Program-made: the position numbers and the translations under genes
Part shown: in pieces, positions 38,751 to 51,249 of the stretch
Layout: each line of letters begins with the position of its first letter
How positions within the stretch are numbered: position 1 is the first letter of the stretch
The notes under the pieces: model-generated
Seen by the model: only the letters and a program-made list of their open reading frames with translations
What the model was told of the DNA's origin: nothing
Database searches by the model: none
NCBI GenBank assembly: GCA_002633005.1
Contig: NMRA01000392.1
Span: 347,763-411,762, forward strand
From: Phoronis australis
Lineage: Eukaryota; Animalia; Phoronida
Reading direction: 5' to 3'
DNA: 64,000 nucleotides

Positions 38751-40323
38751 GTATTGTATTATATGGCTGCTCTCCAGAAGCATGGTTTGGCAGGACATTC
38801 ACTTTGAGTAGTATCTCATCACAGTGCTCGATTTAGTGACCTGCAGGTCGCCACTGTGACCACTGACTGTGTTTGACGATCTGGGAAAATCCCAAGTCGC
38901 CATGAAGTCACCACAGTGAGTACCGAAGTCGGACAATAAATTCACCTCGAAATTCGTTTCAAAGTTTGTGATGCCTTCCAAACTTAAAATTTGTAACAGC
39001 TTTTCTACATCTAATACTTTTGATTCATAATTGTGCTGTTTGTTTCGTGAAAGCAGTGTATTTGCCACTCTCAGCAGCTAGCAAACATCAAACACGCACT
39101 TAAATTACAACAAGAATTAAAGAGATGGAAGTCGTAATTTTTCAACAAAAATCAGGCAAGATTGGCCCATGAAATACACGCCACCAGTGTCTGGAATCGT
39201 CTGCATTCTTTATTATCAGGAATTGATTTAGAGATTGAATGGTGCATTTTTTATGGGAGAAATTGAAGAGGTATGCATAATTTTTAAGAGAACACAGTGC
39301 GTCAGGACGGCTTTTTTAGTTGACAATTTTGATGGCGGTTTTGGTGACTTCAGATTCCATTTAGCGACCTGGAATTTTCACCAAGTTGTCAGTTGTGACT
39401 TGGCGTTGAGCTAGGTGTCATGCACTGCATGAGTTTGAGGAGAATGCTACATCTTATCACTTGAGTGAGGCAAAGTTATGCTAATGTCTGGCGAATATAC
39501 GAATGACTTAGAAATTGATACACCTCTGAAAAATTGTTGGATTTTGACACAAAATTGAATTAAAATCCTTCAAGCTATATCACCTCTGCTATCTCGTGAA
39601 TGACTTGCCTTTGTGAACACGACCAGTTCTTGGAATGATTTTAGATGGTTGTTCTTGAGTGCCTCAGGATGTTGTTAAACCAGATATAACTAAACACATG
39701 TTGAAACTTTTCTTCCTTATAGCACAGCAGGTTCTGAGATTTAATCGCAGCTTTGTTCATGATTCTGTTACTGGGATTGTGTTTTCTGTCGTCAGCAGGT
39801 TTTTTTCGCTGCAGTTAGAAAAAGTGTTCATATTCAATTGTGCCATTGTCAAAGTTATTTCTTCATAAGTGTGCAGCAATTTAGTCAATGTAGAGGGACA
39901 TTAACCTTTTGTCTGATATTGCCAAGAATGGCACATAGAAGCAACCTTGAATTATAATAAGAAAAATGTATGACTTATCTGACATGCATGGATAAACGAG
40001 CACAATCCGCACATAGACAAACACATGTTTCTTTACAGTCTAGCCGAAACATGTTACAACAAACTCTACCAAATTTTTTTAAAGCTTCCGTAGTAATATA
40101 AATTCAGTATAACCTCATCAAACTGTATATTAATAGTTGGCTTGGAAATTGTGGAAATGAGATTTGTAAGCAAGCGACTGTTATTAACCAGGTTTATTGT
40201 ACTTTGTAACTGTGTTTGACTGAGGTTTAGTGACACAATTAAGTGTGTTGAATAATGACTGTTCAATGACAATTTGAGCAGTTCGTTGCAGTGCTCAGGT
40301 TACCGGTGCCCATTTATGAGTAA

Positions 40324-40740
40324 AGTCCCGTTTAGACATCATCTTATGGCCCAGCGCAACTGACACGGAGCAAATTGATCGGTGTCAAGCATCCGTTTAC
40401 ACACACAACTCACTAACTGTGGCAAGACGGAATTTGTAGGCTGGAGAGTGTATCATACATGCGCGGGTTTACAAATCGCGGGAGTTGAAGAGACAAAGAA
40501 TGCGTATAGAGGTCATTACATAAGCGCAGTAGAGGTGATCCTTTCCTTCTTGTCCCAGTTACGCGTTTAGACACATAATTGACACGGAGCAAGATGTTCT
40601 AGCGCAAATTGCTCTACCTCACAAACGGGTGGCAAAAGTTGTCACTGCGGTGTCAATTTGCTCCAGTTCAGTCCCATTTACACACATCCTTGCGCTGAAA
40701 CAACTCGTTCTGTGTCAGCTTTTGTAGTGTAAACGGCACT
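40324..40740. mobile_element. PIF/Harbinger-like MITE
   Basis: TAA|AGTCCCGTTTAGAC...GTGTAAACGGCACT|TAA (imperfect TIR, 3-bp TAA TSD). Confidence 0.65.
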
Positions 40741-40759
40741 TAAGATAGTTTCTTTGCAG

Positions 40760-40928
40760 AATAAAATAGTGGTTGGACACTCTCTCCACAATGACTTCAG
40801 TGTGATGGGTCTCCCTCATCAGTGTTGCTTCACACGAGACATCTCCAAGTATGTCCCACTTAGACACATGGCTGGACTTGATCCTTCCAAGATTCCATCA
40901 CTCAAGCGACTGTCTGCACTTTTATTGG
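40760..40928 (+). CDS. AEN: AEN-like exonuclease, exon 3 (ExoII)
   Basis: ttgcag|AAT... gives NKIVVGHSLHNDFSVMGLPHQCCFTRDISKYVPLRHMAGLDPSKIPSLKRLSALLL(G)|gttagt, with VGHxxxNDF, RD and SLKxL motifs. Confidence 0.93.
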
Positions 40929-42825
40929 GTTAGTATATGGAGACTTGTCTTTAGCTTATGGATACATGTAACTTGCTGCTGAGGCTTAACGTCAGGTGAA
41001 GTGAATCGCAGAAACCGTTGTCTGAAATTTGTTCTCCATTGGCAATAAGGTGATTACTTTCAAGGGGAATGTACGAGCTACTTCACTACATGAGGTGCTT
41101 GTGTACCTTTTGTGCACCAATACAGTACCTCAGCTACATCTGCTTGCAAATGGTATTAATGCAGTGAAATATCACCCATTTCAGATGAAAATAATTGTCA
41201 TAATTGCCATTGTTCTTTTAAGTTTTACGAATTCTCACAATTTTACAAAATATTGTCTGGTGGTATCTGTGGCAAGGAACTTAACATGAAAAAGCATTAA
41301 AATTTTGTGCTGCTTATATCTTCTATGGAAAAAAGAACAAACAATGTTTCACTTGCCTGCCATAGTATTCTAAATTGTAATGAGCTCAAACTGGGGTCAA
41401 GAGAATGACTTCCTATAAATATAGTACTTGTAAATGAAGAATTGATGTTTTAAGCAGAATTTAAGTTGTGCATCTTGGAAATAGGACCTGTTGAAACTAT
41501 ATGGATTTTGCAGAAACGTTGACATTTTAGAGTACTGCAAAATCAACTATGTTGATGACCTACCACTTACCTGAGGTAGTCATGTCGTAGTTGAATTAAC
41601 ACGCTCTGTGAAAAACGGAGTTCTGTTTAGATCACTTACCATATAGAATTGGTCTTGTTTTGTGCCTCACTTTTATTGGAAATGATTTCTACGTTTGAGA
41701 AAAACTGACGGTTTATTATTGCTCAAATCATGGCCATCAACTTCTGTATCACTGTGGTTTAGTTTCAGCCATTGAAGCAGTGAAGCCATTAGGAGACTTA
41801 AGGGCATTTTAATGAATTTCATTTCAAACAAAGAATTAGAGTAGGATGGGGTGGCTTTGGAAGAGCAAATTTTGCTGTGAAGAATATTGATTTTCACTCC
41901 CGGGGTCTGTTTCATGAAAAGTGAGTTAAGACTTGCAACAACTATTTCTGAAGAATAATTAAATCTCATTTGAGCAAAGCCACAGTCTCTGAAAATATAC
42001 ACGTAATTGCTAGTTGTTTAATAGATAATTAGTATAAGTTATTGCTAGACTGATGCGCTCATAATTACTTGGACTAAATGTTTTTCAGAAATTGTGAATT
42101 GGGAGTGTAAAGACCAATTTCTAAGTCTCAAGTCACTCCGCATGAAACAGATCCCGAAGCATTGTTTATGACAGCTTTAATGCTCACTTATTAGTAATGT
42201 CTTTTAAAACCTTAGGACATAGGTTTTTTTAGATTCATACTTACCATTTACCCAACTTCTCTAATTACAAAGCTTGCAATACACATTATTTAACATCTGG
42301 AGTTGGAAAGCCTATAGGGTAATGAACTTCATCCTAATTATTGAATGTAAATAGGAGCTTAAACCGAGTTATTGTCTTGCGAATAACAATTTTCAAGGAA
42401 TGCATACACAAGATATTATTTGACTTGTTGAATTTTAAAATAAACTTTGTGTGTCCATTGTCCTGGAGAGGCAAAGTTGGTTCTGGTCTCATTTTCAGAC
42501 CTGTGCTCACTGACTTAAATCATCCGCCCGTATCAATTTCAGCTAAGGTTTTACATGTTTTTTTTTTGAAAAGCTGCACAAGGGTAAGCACGGTTTGAAA
42601 CGCCATCATTTTTGCTCGTCTGGGGTGGATTTGTTTTTGAAAAAGTGAGCAACTAAAAATAATGTCCACCAACTCAATTTTCAAAAAACAAGAAACTGTA
42701 ATCTATTATTGGGTGCATTTGTTGCCTAATAATGAAGTGACATGTTTAAGTGAAACTAAATGTTCTGTAAAAAGTATGTATGATGTCATTTTAACTCCCT
42801 CTGACATTATTCCAAAAAATCACAG

Positions 42826-43031
42826 GTCGTAACATACAGAGACGTGAGCACTGCTCTGTGGAGGATGCCAAGGCTACTATGGATTTGTTCAAATTAGTGT
42901 GTGAGAAATGGGAAGAAGACAGAAGCTGCTTGATCTCCAAACAGTCAACAGCGGCACAGTGGCCTAGCAGAACTCGGACTACCTCTAATAATTACATGGA
43001 CGATGAATTCTGGCCAGGACACGTTGTCTAA
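42826..43031 (+). CDS. AEN: AEN-like exonuclease, terminal exon (ExoIII)
   Basis: cacag|GT CGT... gives (G)RNIQRREHCSVEDAKATMDLFKLVCEKWEEDRSCLISKQSTAAQWPSRTRTTSNNYMDDEFWPGHVV*. HxSxED is ExoIII; the YMDDEFWP tail resembles the AEN YMEDQYWP motif. Total CDS 1071 nt (356 aa). Confidence 0.9.
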
Positions 43032-43129
43032 TAGATGTGGATTTTGATTTGTTGTGACAGATGCATTTTGTTTGGGAATAGTTGTGACTATCATGAAAAT
43101 TTTGAGGCATCCAGTTGCGAAATCAGATC

Positions 43130-43423
43130 TAGTTTGAGTCTGATACTGGAATAAAAACTTACTAAAAATTGGCGACGTTGCATCCGCATCTCACGGACTT
43201 CAGCTTGGCTTGTGACGTTATCGTTATTCTGGCCAATTGGTGGCATTTTGACCAGATGTATGGGATGGTGTTCTTACATCAATGCCATGTCTTCTTGTTA
43301 AAACGCCACCAATTGGCCAGAATAATGATAACGTCACAAGCCAAGCCGAAGAACGTGAGATGCGCACGCAACGTCGCTAATTTTTCGTAAGTTTTTATTA
43401 CAGTATTAGTAAGACTCAAACTT
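43130..43423. mobile_element. Academ-like palindromic MITE just downstream of the AEN stop codon
   Basis: GATC|TAGTTTGAGTC...GACTCAAACTT|GATC. The arms are complementary over ~130 bp; 4-bp TSD. Confidence 0.7.
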
Positions 43424-43459
43424 GATCAGTTGTGACTATCCATAGTATAGGCAAGATGT

Positions 43460-43498
<39 letters not shown>

Positions 43499-43499
43499 G

Positions 43500-44368
43500 C
43501 ACATATAAGTTCTTACTGTGCAGTGGACGGCTAACGATTTTCTGACGATTTCGACTACTGTGGCGCCTCCTAGTGGTACTTTTCTTTTTTTGCAATCATT
43601 GCTGTATCTTTTAAACCGTTTGCAGAATCTTTACTTAATTTAGCAAGCGTATTTATATGATGTTGACAATAGATGATGACGACTTTCGGATGGATCTGAC
43701 TACTGGTGTTCCCTCTAGAGGCAGTTTTAGTTTTTTTACATTTACCAGTCTGTATCTTCAAAGGTCCTCAACAGATTCTCATAAAATTTTGAATATAGGT
43801 ATCTTTTGGTGAGATGATGCTATCATTCTGTTTTTCGATGGAATCAAGTTATTTTGCACCACCTGGTGGCCATTTTTTGCTCTTTTCTAATCTTGTTTTT
43901 GGCGTCCACCTCTCGATCAACCAAATCATTCTAGGGATGGTTTTGAAAATTGGCATATATGTTTTCTGTATGAAGAGGACGTTTGGTGATGGTGACTGAC
44001 TACTGTGGCGCCTCCTAGTGGTAGTTTTGTTTTGTTTTGCGCCCTTAGCTGTATCTCCAAAACCCACTGCAGGATCTTTATTAAATTTAGTAAGTGAACT
44101 TATATGAAGATAACAGACGAATACTTTCAAGAGGATGGAACGGATGCTGTGCCCACAAATGGCAATTTCATTTTGTTCTGTTTTCCTTTGTTTCTCTGAA
44201 GTTCCTTGGCAGATTTTTATGAAATTAGCATGTTCCCGTTTTTGGATGGATGGTACGTTTTTGCGCCATCTAGTGGCCATTTTTGTGACACAAATAAATA
44301 ACCCTAAAAGCACACCATTTGCGATGCATTCGTGGGCGCATTTCAACGCTCTGCGTTGCTCTTGTTTT
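43500..44368 (+). mobile_element. Same HINE-like family, 3' portion
   Basis: Same internal repeats in reverse orientation; ends GTGGGCGCATTTCAACGC-TCT-GCGTTG-CTCTTGTT. Confidence 0.7.
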
Positions 44369-47300
44369 CATTAAAGATATGTTGTACCAGCTACCATTAC
44401 TGTTTTGAGACTATGTTAGAAGCCTTTGAAAAGATGAAAACAGTTATTTTTCTGAAATTGGTGTGATGATGTCTTTTGATACAATAAGTTTCATCATTTA
44501 ACATTAATAACTGCTTTCAACTGTTACCTTATTGTACCTTAAGTGGGTGGTATGTAGCAACAGTTTACCAAGTATACTTTTAAACCACACCACGAACCCC
44601 CTTCAAGCATTTTGTGAGAGTGAAATTGCCTCTTCATTAGGTACAAGCCTCTGTAAGCATCATTGGCGAGTCCCACATGACGTGTTGGGTCAAATAAAAA
44701 GGATAGAAGAAACAAATTAAGCCACGTTTCAGTTTCCTTGATGGAGTGCTCTTTGTCAGGAATAAATTTCCATAATTTGATGTTTTGGAAAACTAATTGT
44801 TCACTAATTAGCTTTAATTCCTTATGATAATTTTGAAATTCTGGTTCTTTGCCCACAATCTGTATCCCAAAGGACTCATACTCCATTCCGTTGACTCAAT
44901 TGTGGAGTGTTGCTCACTTCAAGTTGTACATTTTTGTCATTTGCAATGCACACGCTGGGCACACAGCACTACGCATGTTTTGTCTGTGATCACTATCCCA
45001 GATGAAGTGGTTTTCCTTGAGAGGTCAATCACTCTAAGTTTTTAGCTGGTGTTTGAAAACTCTGTCATCAGAACATTCCAGCAATGTTTTGCTTGTACAG
45101 AACATTAAAAGACTTACTTTCACTAGTATTCATTTGCTGATCAAATTTAGTTTGTGAGTTCCATCACTATAAAAGTGTTTTTTACTGATTACATGTTTGA
45201 AAGGTTTAGCCGTCAGAATATTCCGGCAGTGTTTTGCTTGTAAAGAAAAGTGAAAGTCTTACTTCCACTGGTACTCATTTAATGAACTAAGTGTTGTTGA
45301 TGCATGGATTGTAAACAAATGTATTATTGTGTTTATCGTCATTTGTGATAAGTGTTGATGTGGCAATTTCTAATTTTGTTTAAAGTTATGTAGGACCATA
45401 GAAAAATATCCAATTTTAGCCAACTTCAGACTGAAGCAACATCATATCTCACAACTGGCTGGTTGGATTTACAACTTTCAGGTACTGAGCCTTATGCATT
45501 GTTCTCCAAAACGCATTTAGTTTTAAAAAAATGTTGCACTTTGGCATGAGGGATAAAAAATATTACTTACATGATTTTTGTGGAAGAAAATTAAAATTGC
45601 ATGAAATGAAAAGGAAACTTTTATGTTGAAAACTTTCACAAGCTATTTCATATTTCATCTTGAACACTGAATATCATACGGAATTTGCTCTGACATGTTA
45701 TTGATCCTGTTACTTTGGTCATGAATATACTCATCGTTTTTACTAAATTTCATTTGAAAGTATGGTCATGTGTCCTAATTAATGGCAGATTGGTATCAAG
45801 TCTAAAATCATGGAATCCTTGTTGGGGAGGTCCTCCATAAGTGTAATTTTTGTATGGTTAAATAAACAATGAATTCATATTTTCTTCTTGATGTTTTTAT
45901 GTTGAACATATATTCTACTGTTGTATCTTGCACAATATCCATCAAGTTGGAGGCTAATTTAATCTTTACATTATGCTTTGGTGGCGAGTCATTGGATACA
46001 CTAGACTTCACAGCTAAAGCTGGGTCAACAGACTATGAAATCCAATTGGCTCTCTATGACAACTTTTGGATACCAATCAGATCTCTGAGCTGGTTAGTTT
46101 AGGTGGCAGAACCTGTGAAGTCAACCAAGTGCAGCTATTTTACACGCCGACCATGGCCTTGAGCATCAAAGAACCCTTAAAGCAGTTTTTTAGCAACGTT
46201 GAATTCTTACTGTAGCACTTAGGAGGTTAAAACATTACCACACTCATTCAATCTACAACTGTTGCCAAATGGGCCGGCAAATCAATCACAGGCAATGTGT
46301 ACCCGAGTCCCTTTTCAAATTCGCCAATAAATTTTGAAGCATTTTCTTATTCTCATTGATAGTTTCGATGTTCTTGTACAATCCTATGATGGCAAGGAAT
46401 GCTAGAAGACCAATTCATGAAAGTAAAAGCCCCATTATATTCAATTTTAATGTTAGCCCAGCTAAACCCGGCAAAATGCAGCTTTAAGTCTTTGTAGAAG
46501 GCTGGTTCCAATTAGCTTTAACCCATACTTCAATGCACATTGAGGAATACTGCTACGTAGCAATAAAGCCTAAGACAACCAGATGATTAAGAGCAGCCAT
46601 CAAGCACAAATAACTTCAGCACACATGGCCAAGCAAAGAATTGATATTTGAGAAAGTTAACAATTAGGCCATATTTAGATTATGTGGGACCCAAAACATG
46701 TCCAAATCAAATATTTTGAGATCTCGTCTTGGACAAATAAAATGTGATCATGTCATTGATATTGTTGCTATTAATGTCCTTTTTGTGCTACATTTCACTA
46801 AAGACATGGTCACCATGGCAGATTGGTAAAAAGCCAAAAATATAGGTACTTTTACCCATTAAAATTCATGATTTTTTAAGAATTCGACTTAACATGCCGA
46901 CTTGCCATTAAGGTCCTACCTAACCTCTAACAGATGCTAAATCACAGGAGAGAACTATCCAACCTCCCTGACATTTAACACTGTATCAACTGCTTTTTTT
47001 AGAAAAAAAATTATTTTGATTTTAAATATATACATGTACAAACGTTTACATGAAACGAAAACGGCACAAAGCCCATGTTGCAACATGCGAGCATCAAAGA
47101 AATGGCAAACTTGTGATCTATTGCGTGCTCTAGTATTTCATTCACTACAATTAGGTTTTAATAATATGAACATGCTCAATAAAAACAAGACATAAAACAA
47201 GATTTCAATGTCAGCAGGACCGAAGTGGGATCAGGATACAACAAAAGTTAAATTTCAAAATCATTCCAAGGTTTTAATGAGATGTATCATCTTGAAGCAC

Positions 47301-47836
47301 CACAACTTTTTAGAAAGAAAGTCCCTTGATGTCAGCTGAAATTGGTCAAAATCCATCATTTTCTCCAGCATCAGCCACTACCAGCTGAAATGGGTCAGAA
47401 TCCTTTTTGCAAACAGCAAGGTGCTGGTTTCAAACCATGGCAGGTGTAGAACAGAATAATTTATGTTATTTTAGCCTCACCAGAAACGTTCGACCTCAGC
47501 ATTAATCGCAACGGCAGCCTTCATCACCCTTCAGAAATCCTGATGTGTAATGCAGGGGGAACCAGATTCGGACATTTCATGCCAAATCAGTGGATTCGCA
47601 ATCCATCCAAGAAGTCTCTGAGTTGTCTTCATGATTTTGTCGCAGATCATCATCCAAACAGTGGATTAGTGAAACTCAGAGAGAGATAACTGCTTTGGTC
47701 AAAACACCTGTACAAGTGTTTTATTACGTTGAAATTCAATTGCATGCAACTTTACCAGCAAAAAAGCATTTTAGTATATGTATTTCAATACTCTGACGGC
47801 GCTTCCCCCCCACCGAAGAGTGGTGCACATCAGTGA

Positions 47837-47932
47837 TTAGTTGGTCAACTCCACCAATGCTGCTACAACATTGCCTTTATGTTCTCGTAGCTTCCGTTCA
47901 GCAGCAGTCCTTGGGATTTCCATTTCAGTCAC
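47837..47932 (-). CDS. HYPK: HYPK terminal exon (UBA-like domain); upstream exons not found in the sequenced part of the window
   Basis: tttttacag|GTG ACT... gives VTEMEIPRTAAERKLREHKGNVVAALVELTN*, matching the HYPK C-terminus EMEISRAAAERSLREHxGNVVEALxxLTN. Confidence 0.92.
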   Translation of the reverse strand: MTEMEIPRTAAERKLREHKGNVVAALVELTN

Positions 47933-48278
47933 CTGTAAAAAAATATGTATGCAGTCAAGTCGCAGTTCTGGCAATCTTTCCTTTGTCTCAAAATTCCAAT
48001 TCCCCCATTTGCCCGCTAGACAATCAGCACTACCGACGAGAAAACTATGCTGATTTCCTCTCGGTCAATAAGAGGGCAATTTTAGAAAAGAATGAATATC
48101 AATTTACATAACTTATGAGTCAGCATCTTGTGTCTCATTAAGGGCTTTGTAAAGCCACTAAAAGTCATGTTCTGGTGTAAAGAACATCAACGTTCTTTAC
48201 AGGTGTATTTGGTCCAGGTCCTCTACCACGTTCCTATCCACCATTATTCAAAAACCTACTTGATCATATAGCTAGCAT

Positions 48279-48500
48279 AACAAGAGCAATGCAAAGTGTT
48301 GAGATGCACCCACGAATGCATCGCAAATGGTGTGATTTTATTGGTGTTTATTTGTATCATAAAAATGGCAATTAGATGGCTCAGAATATAATGAACCCAT
48401 CCAACAATGGAAAGGTGTTGTCATCTCTCAAAATTATTTGCCGAATTTTATGAAAATCCGTCAAAAAACTCCAATGATACGAATGCAAATAAACAAACAA
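48279..48500 (-). mobile_element. HINE-like 3'-end fragment in HYPK intron
   Basis: aacaagagcaatgcaaagtgttgagatgcacccacgaatgcatcgcaaatggtg matches the family terminus. Confidence 0.6.
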
Positions 48501-48505
48501 GATAA

Positions 48506-49941
48506 AGGAGAATGCAACCAGAAAACAACCTTATGCATTTTGCATCACGTTAGATCGAATAGTTCCACTCGATAACAGCAATTTCAGTTCTTTTACCGGA
48601 CATCAGATGGCGGTCGGAGATGCTGAAATTAACTGCTGACGTCAGTGGTCTGTCAGTCTGTTTCTGCAGTATACAAGATGCTTACTGGTGTCAGCTTAAG
48701 GCTCAACTTCATTGTTGCAAAACTCTTACAAATACATTAAATTTTTAAACAAACAAGTTGTTTTATTTCGCTGTTAGGGATTTATAGAAGTTTCGAATGT
48801 ACTACACCCTAGAACTCGGACAAACTTTGGTAGGCCAACTTACCAAGTTCAATCGTGGGAAGTTTGGATCTGTTCCCGATAAATTAGAATTATTCTTCCA
48901 TGAAACAGACAGGAGAGCATAGCCACGTGTTGCAATTTTAGACTTGCAAAGGTTTTCAGTTCTAAACATGCAAAACAGTCATTGCAACCCAGTGGCTCAA
49001 AATGTGATCAGGCCCGCTTGGAACTGTAGACATCACAAACATAAACCAGCTGGTTTAGCCAGCTGTGAAAGTTGAAAACTAAACTTCCAGTCACGAAAAG
49101 ACTACACTAGTGAACCAAGGACATAATGTGCACGTGAATATTTTCTTGCTGAATTGACCGTGAAATTGCAAATCTACTTAATCGTCCGGGGTCAGGTTCC
49201 CGTTCCATGGCTGGTAGTAGCCCATCGAGTTTTCGGAGAAAGTCAAAACTTCAACACTAGATTTGAAACTACTGGATTCCAAGAACGTTTTTCATTCTGA
49301 CAGGATTAGCATAACATATGATGCTTCTAATATAAGTCTGCATCTAATACTGTGATGTTTTTCAACTTTCCACTTCAGGTTCAATAGCAGTATAATATAA
49401 TGCAAAATCTATAAAATACATTTGCACTCAATACCATGATAATTTTATTTACAGTTAAGTTTTATCAATTTTTACCTGACTGTTTAATAGCATTATAAAT
49501 TGTTTATACTGAGACAGTCTTTAGAGACACTTCATTTCAGTTTTATTAAACATTGGTTAGGGTGAGAATAATTCATTTTGAAACAGATTAAGGCCGGCCA
49601 CAGACTGACATGGAGATATTTCACAGTCTAATAATTGATATTAACGGCGCGGTTTTCATTCTTTACTGCCGCAAACCACTTCCGAAGCATTTCAGGTTCT
49701 TGAAAAAATCGAAAAAAGGGGTCTACCCGCTTTCCTCGCAGCTTCATGGTTCGCACAAGTGGGAATGATACGCCACACACTCGGTTGAGGAACCATTGAT
49801 ATCGCTGTGCCATGTACTCACCTTCCTCACATGTTAATGCCACACCTCTTGGCGAGGTGGGGTCGATCGTATACCAGGTGATGTGGATATAGACCAAATT
49901 ATGACAATAAAAACCGAAATTAATCGAGGTGGCATTCTCCT
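48506..49941 (-). mobile_element. Second, internally deleted Kolobok-like copy
   Basis: ATAA|AGGAGAATGCAACC ... GGTGGCATTCTCCT|TTAA. Internal homology to 16449-16570 and 18640-20186; THAP remnant FFRFFQEPEMLRKWFAAVK at 49628-49897. Confidence 0.72.
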
Positions 49942-51062
49942 TTAAAGTTGCATTTTGTCTTGTTTATAGCTAGCCAAAAACAAAAATTGAATTATTAATT
50001 TTACTCACAAAAATATCGGCCATAAGTATTCCCTACTATTACAGAATTCCATTCTATTACCGACTTAAGTCACAGAGAAAGTATATACATGCCATTTTCT
50101 TGTTGGTAATGAAAATTGAATCCTTTCAGATAAGGAATATTATGAGACCTTATGACAGCCAGCAAAACAGGGCAAAATGCCATCACTCAAAATCCTGGTG
50201 ATATATCAACTGTGATGACACACTGAGCAATGTAATTGACAAGATGCACAGCAGCCAGAATGAGAGGACAAGGGCATCTGTAGGTTGTGCATGACAAGAA
50301 TCGTAACTTTAGAGGGCAACTTTCACACAAACAGATGTTTGCTAAGCAGATGAAAAAATAAAATGTTTTAAATATGCCAAGTTGTGTATCAGTTATGGGC
50401 TTTGGAAATTTTCCAAGCAAGTCTTTTAAAGTATGTTACCCTTGATGCTGTAGTTGTGAAGGTAAAGTTATATATATCTCGGTGTATGATCTTAGTGACG
50501 TCATTGAGAGGGAGATAATTACCTATACTAGAGCACACTTCTGAAAACATCTTCAGATTTTGTTTCAGATGGAAGTCATGCAAGTCTATTTTAAATATTA
50601 ATGAAATCATCCAGTCATGTCACCAAGACGATGAGCCGGCAAAATACTTTTGGACGCCAAAATTTACATGAATTAAGCAAATTCATGATGTAATGACCTG
50701 CGAACTGATTTCATTATATCCATTGACTACAAAAACTTGGGTGAAAATATCAAAATAATCTAAATGCAGTGCCTATAACCTTATACTACCAGGAATTTCT
50801 AGGCGTCAATTTGCGGCTACTGGACTACAAGGGAATTTAAACATGTTTAGTCAGCCTTCAAAACAATTGGGGGGACAAAATGGACCGTGAAGGCACAAAC
50901 AAGTTGATGGGCCAATTGGTATTTGCAAGGCAATCAGTGTCACACTAATAATATCAATGAGCCAATGGAATGGGTTGTAGTCCACAAGTGAAACTAAGGG
51001 ACAAAAAAAGGATTCCCCTCTACAATATTTACACGTGTAGTATAACAATTATACTGACTCAC

Positions 51063-51170
51063 AATGAGGTCAACGTCTTCTTTATTTATTTTAATCTTTG
51101 ACAACTCTCTTTCCTTTAATCTTTTTACTTCAGCGTCTTTAGCTTGCTGATCGCTGACAGCTTTCATTGC
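51063..51170 (-). CDS. HYPK: Huntingtin-interacting protein K (NatA regulator), penultimate exon
   Basis: atttcag|GCA ATG... gives AMKAVSDQQAKDAEVKRLKERELSKIKINKEDVDLI|gtgagt, matching the HYPK REKELAKVxIKKEDxELI segment. Confidence 0.9.
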
Positions 51171-51249
51171 CTGAAATTATAAACAAGAGCAGTGCGGAGC
51201 ATTGATATGCGCCCACCATGTGCATCGCATACAGTGCAGATACAAAGGA

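Noticed and set aside
43849-44346. 165-aa ORF
   Set aside because: Lies wholly in HINE repeat units; homologous copies have stops and frameshifts.
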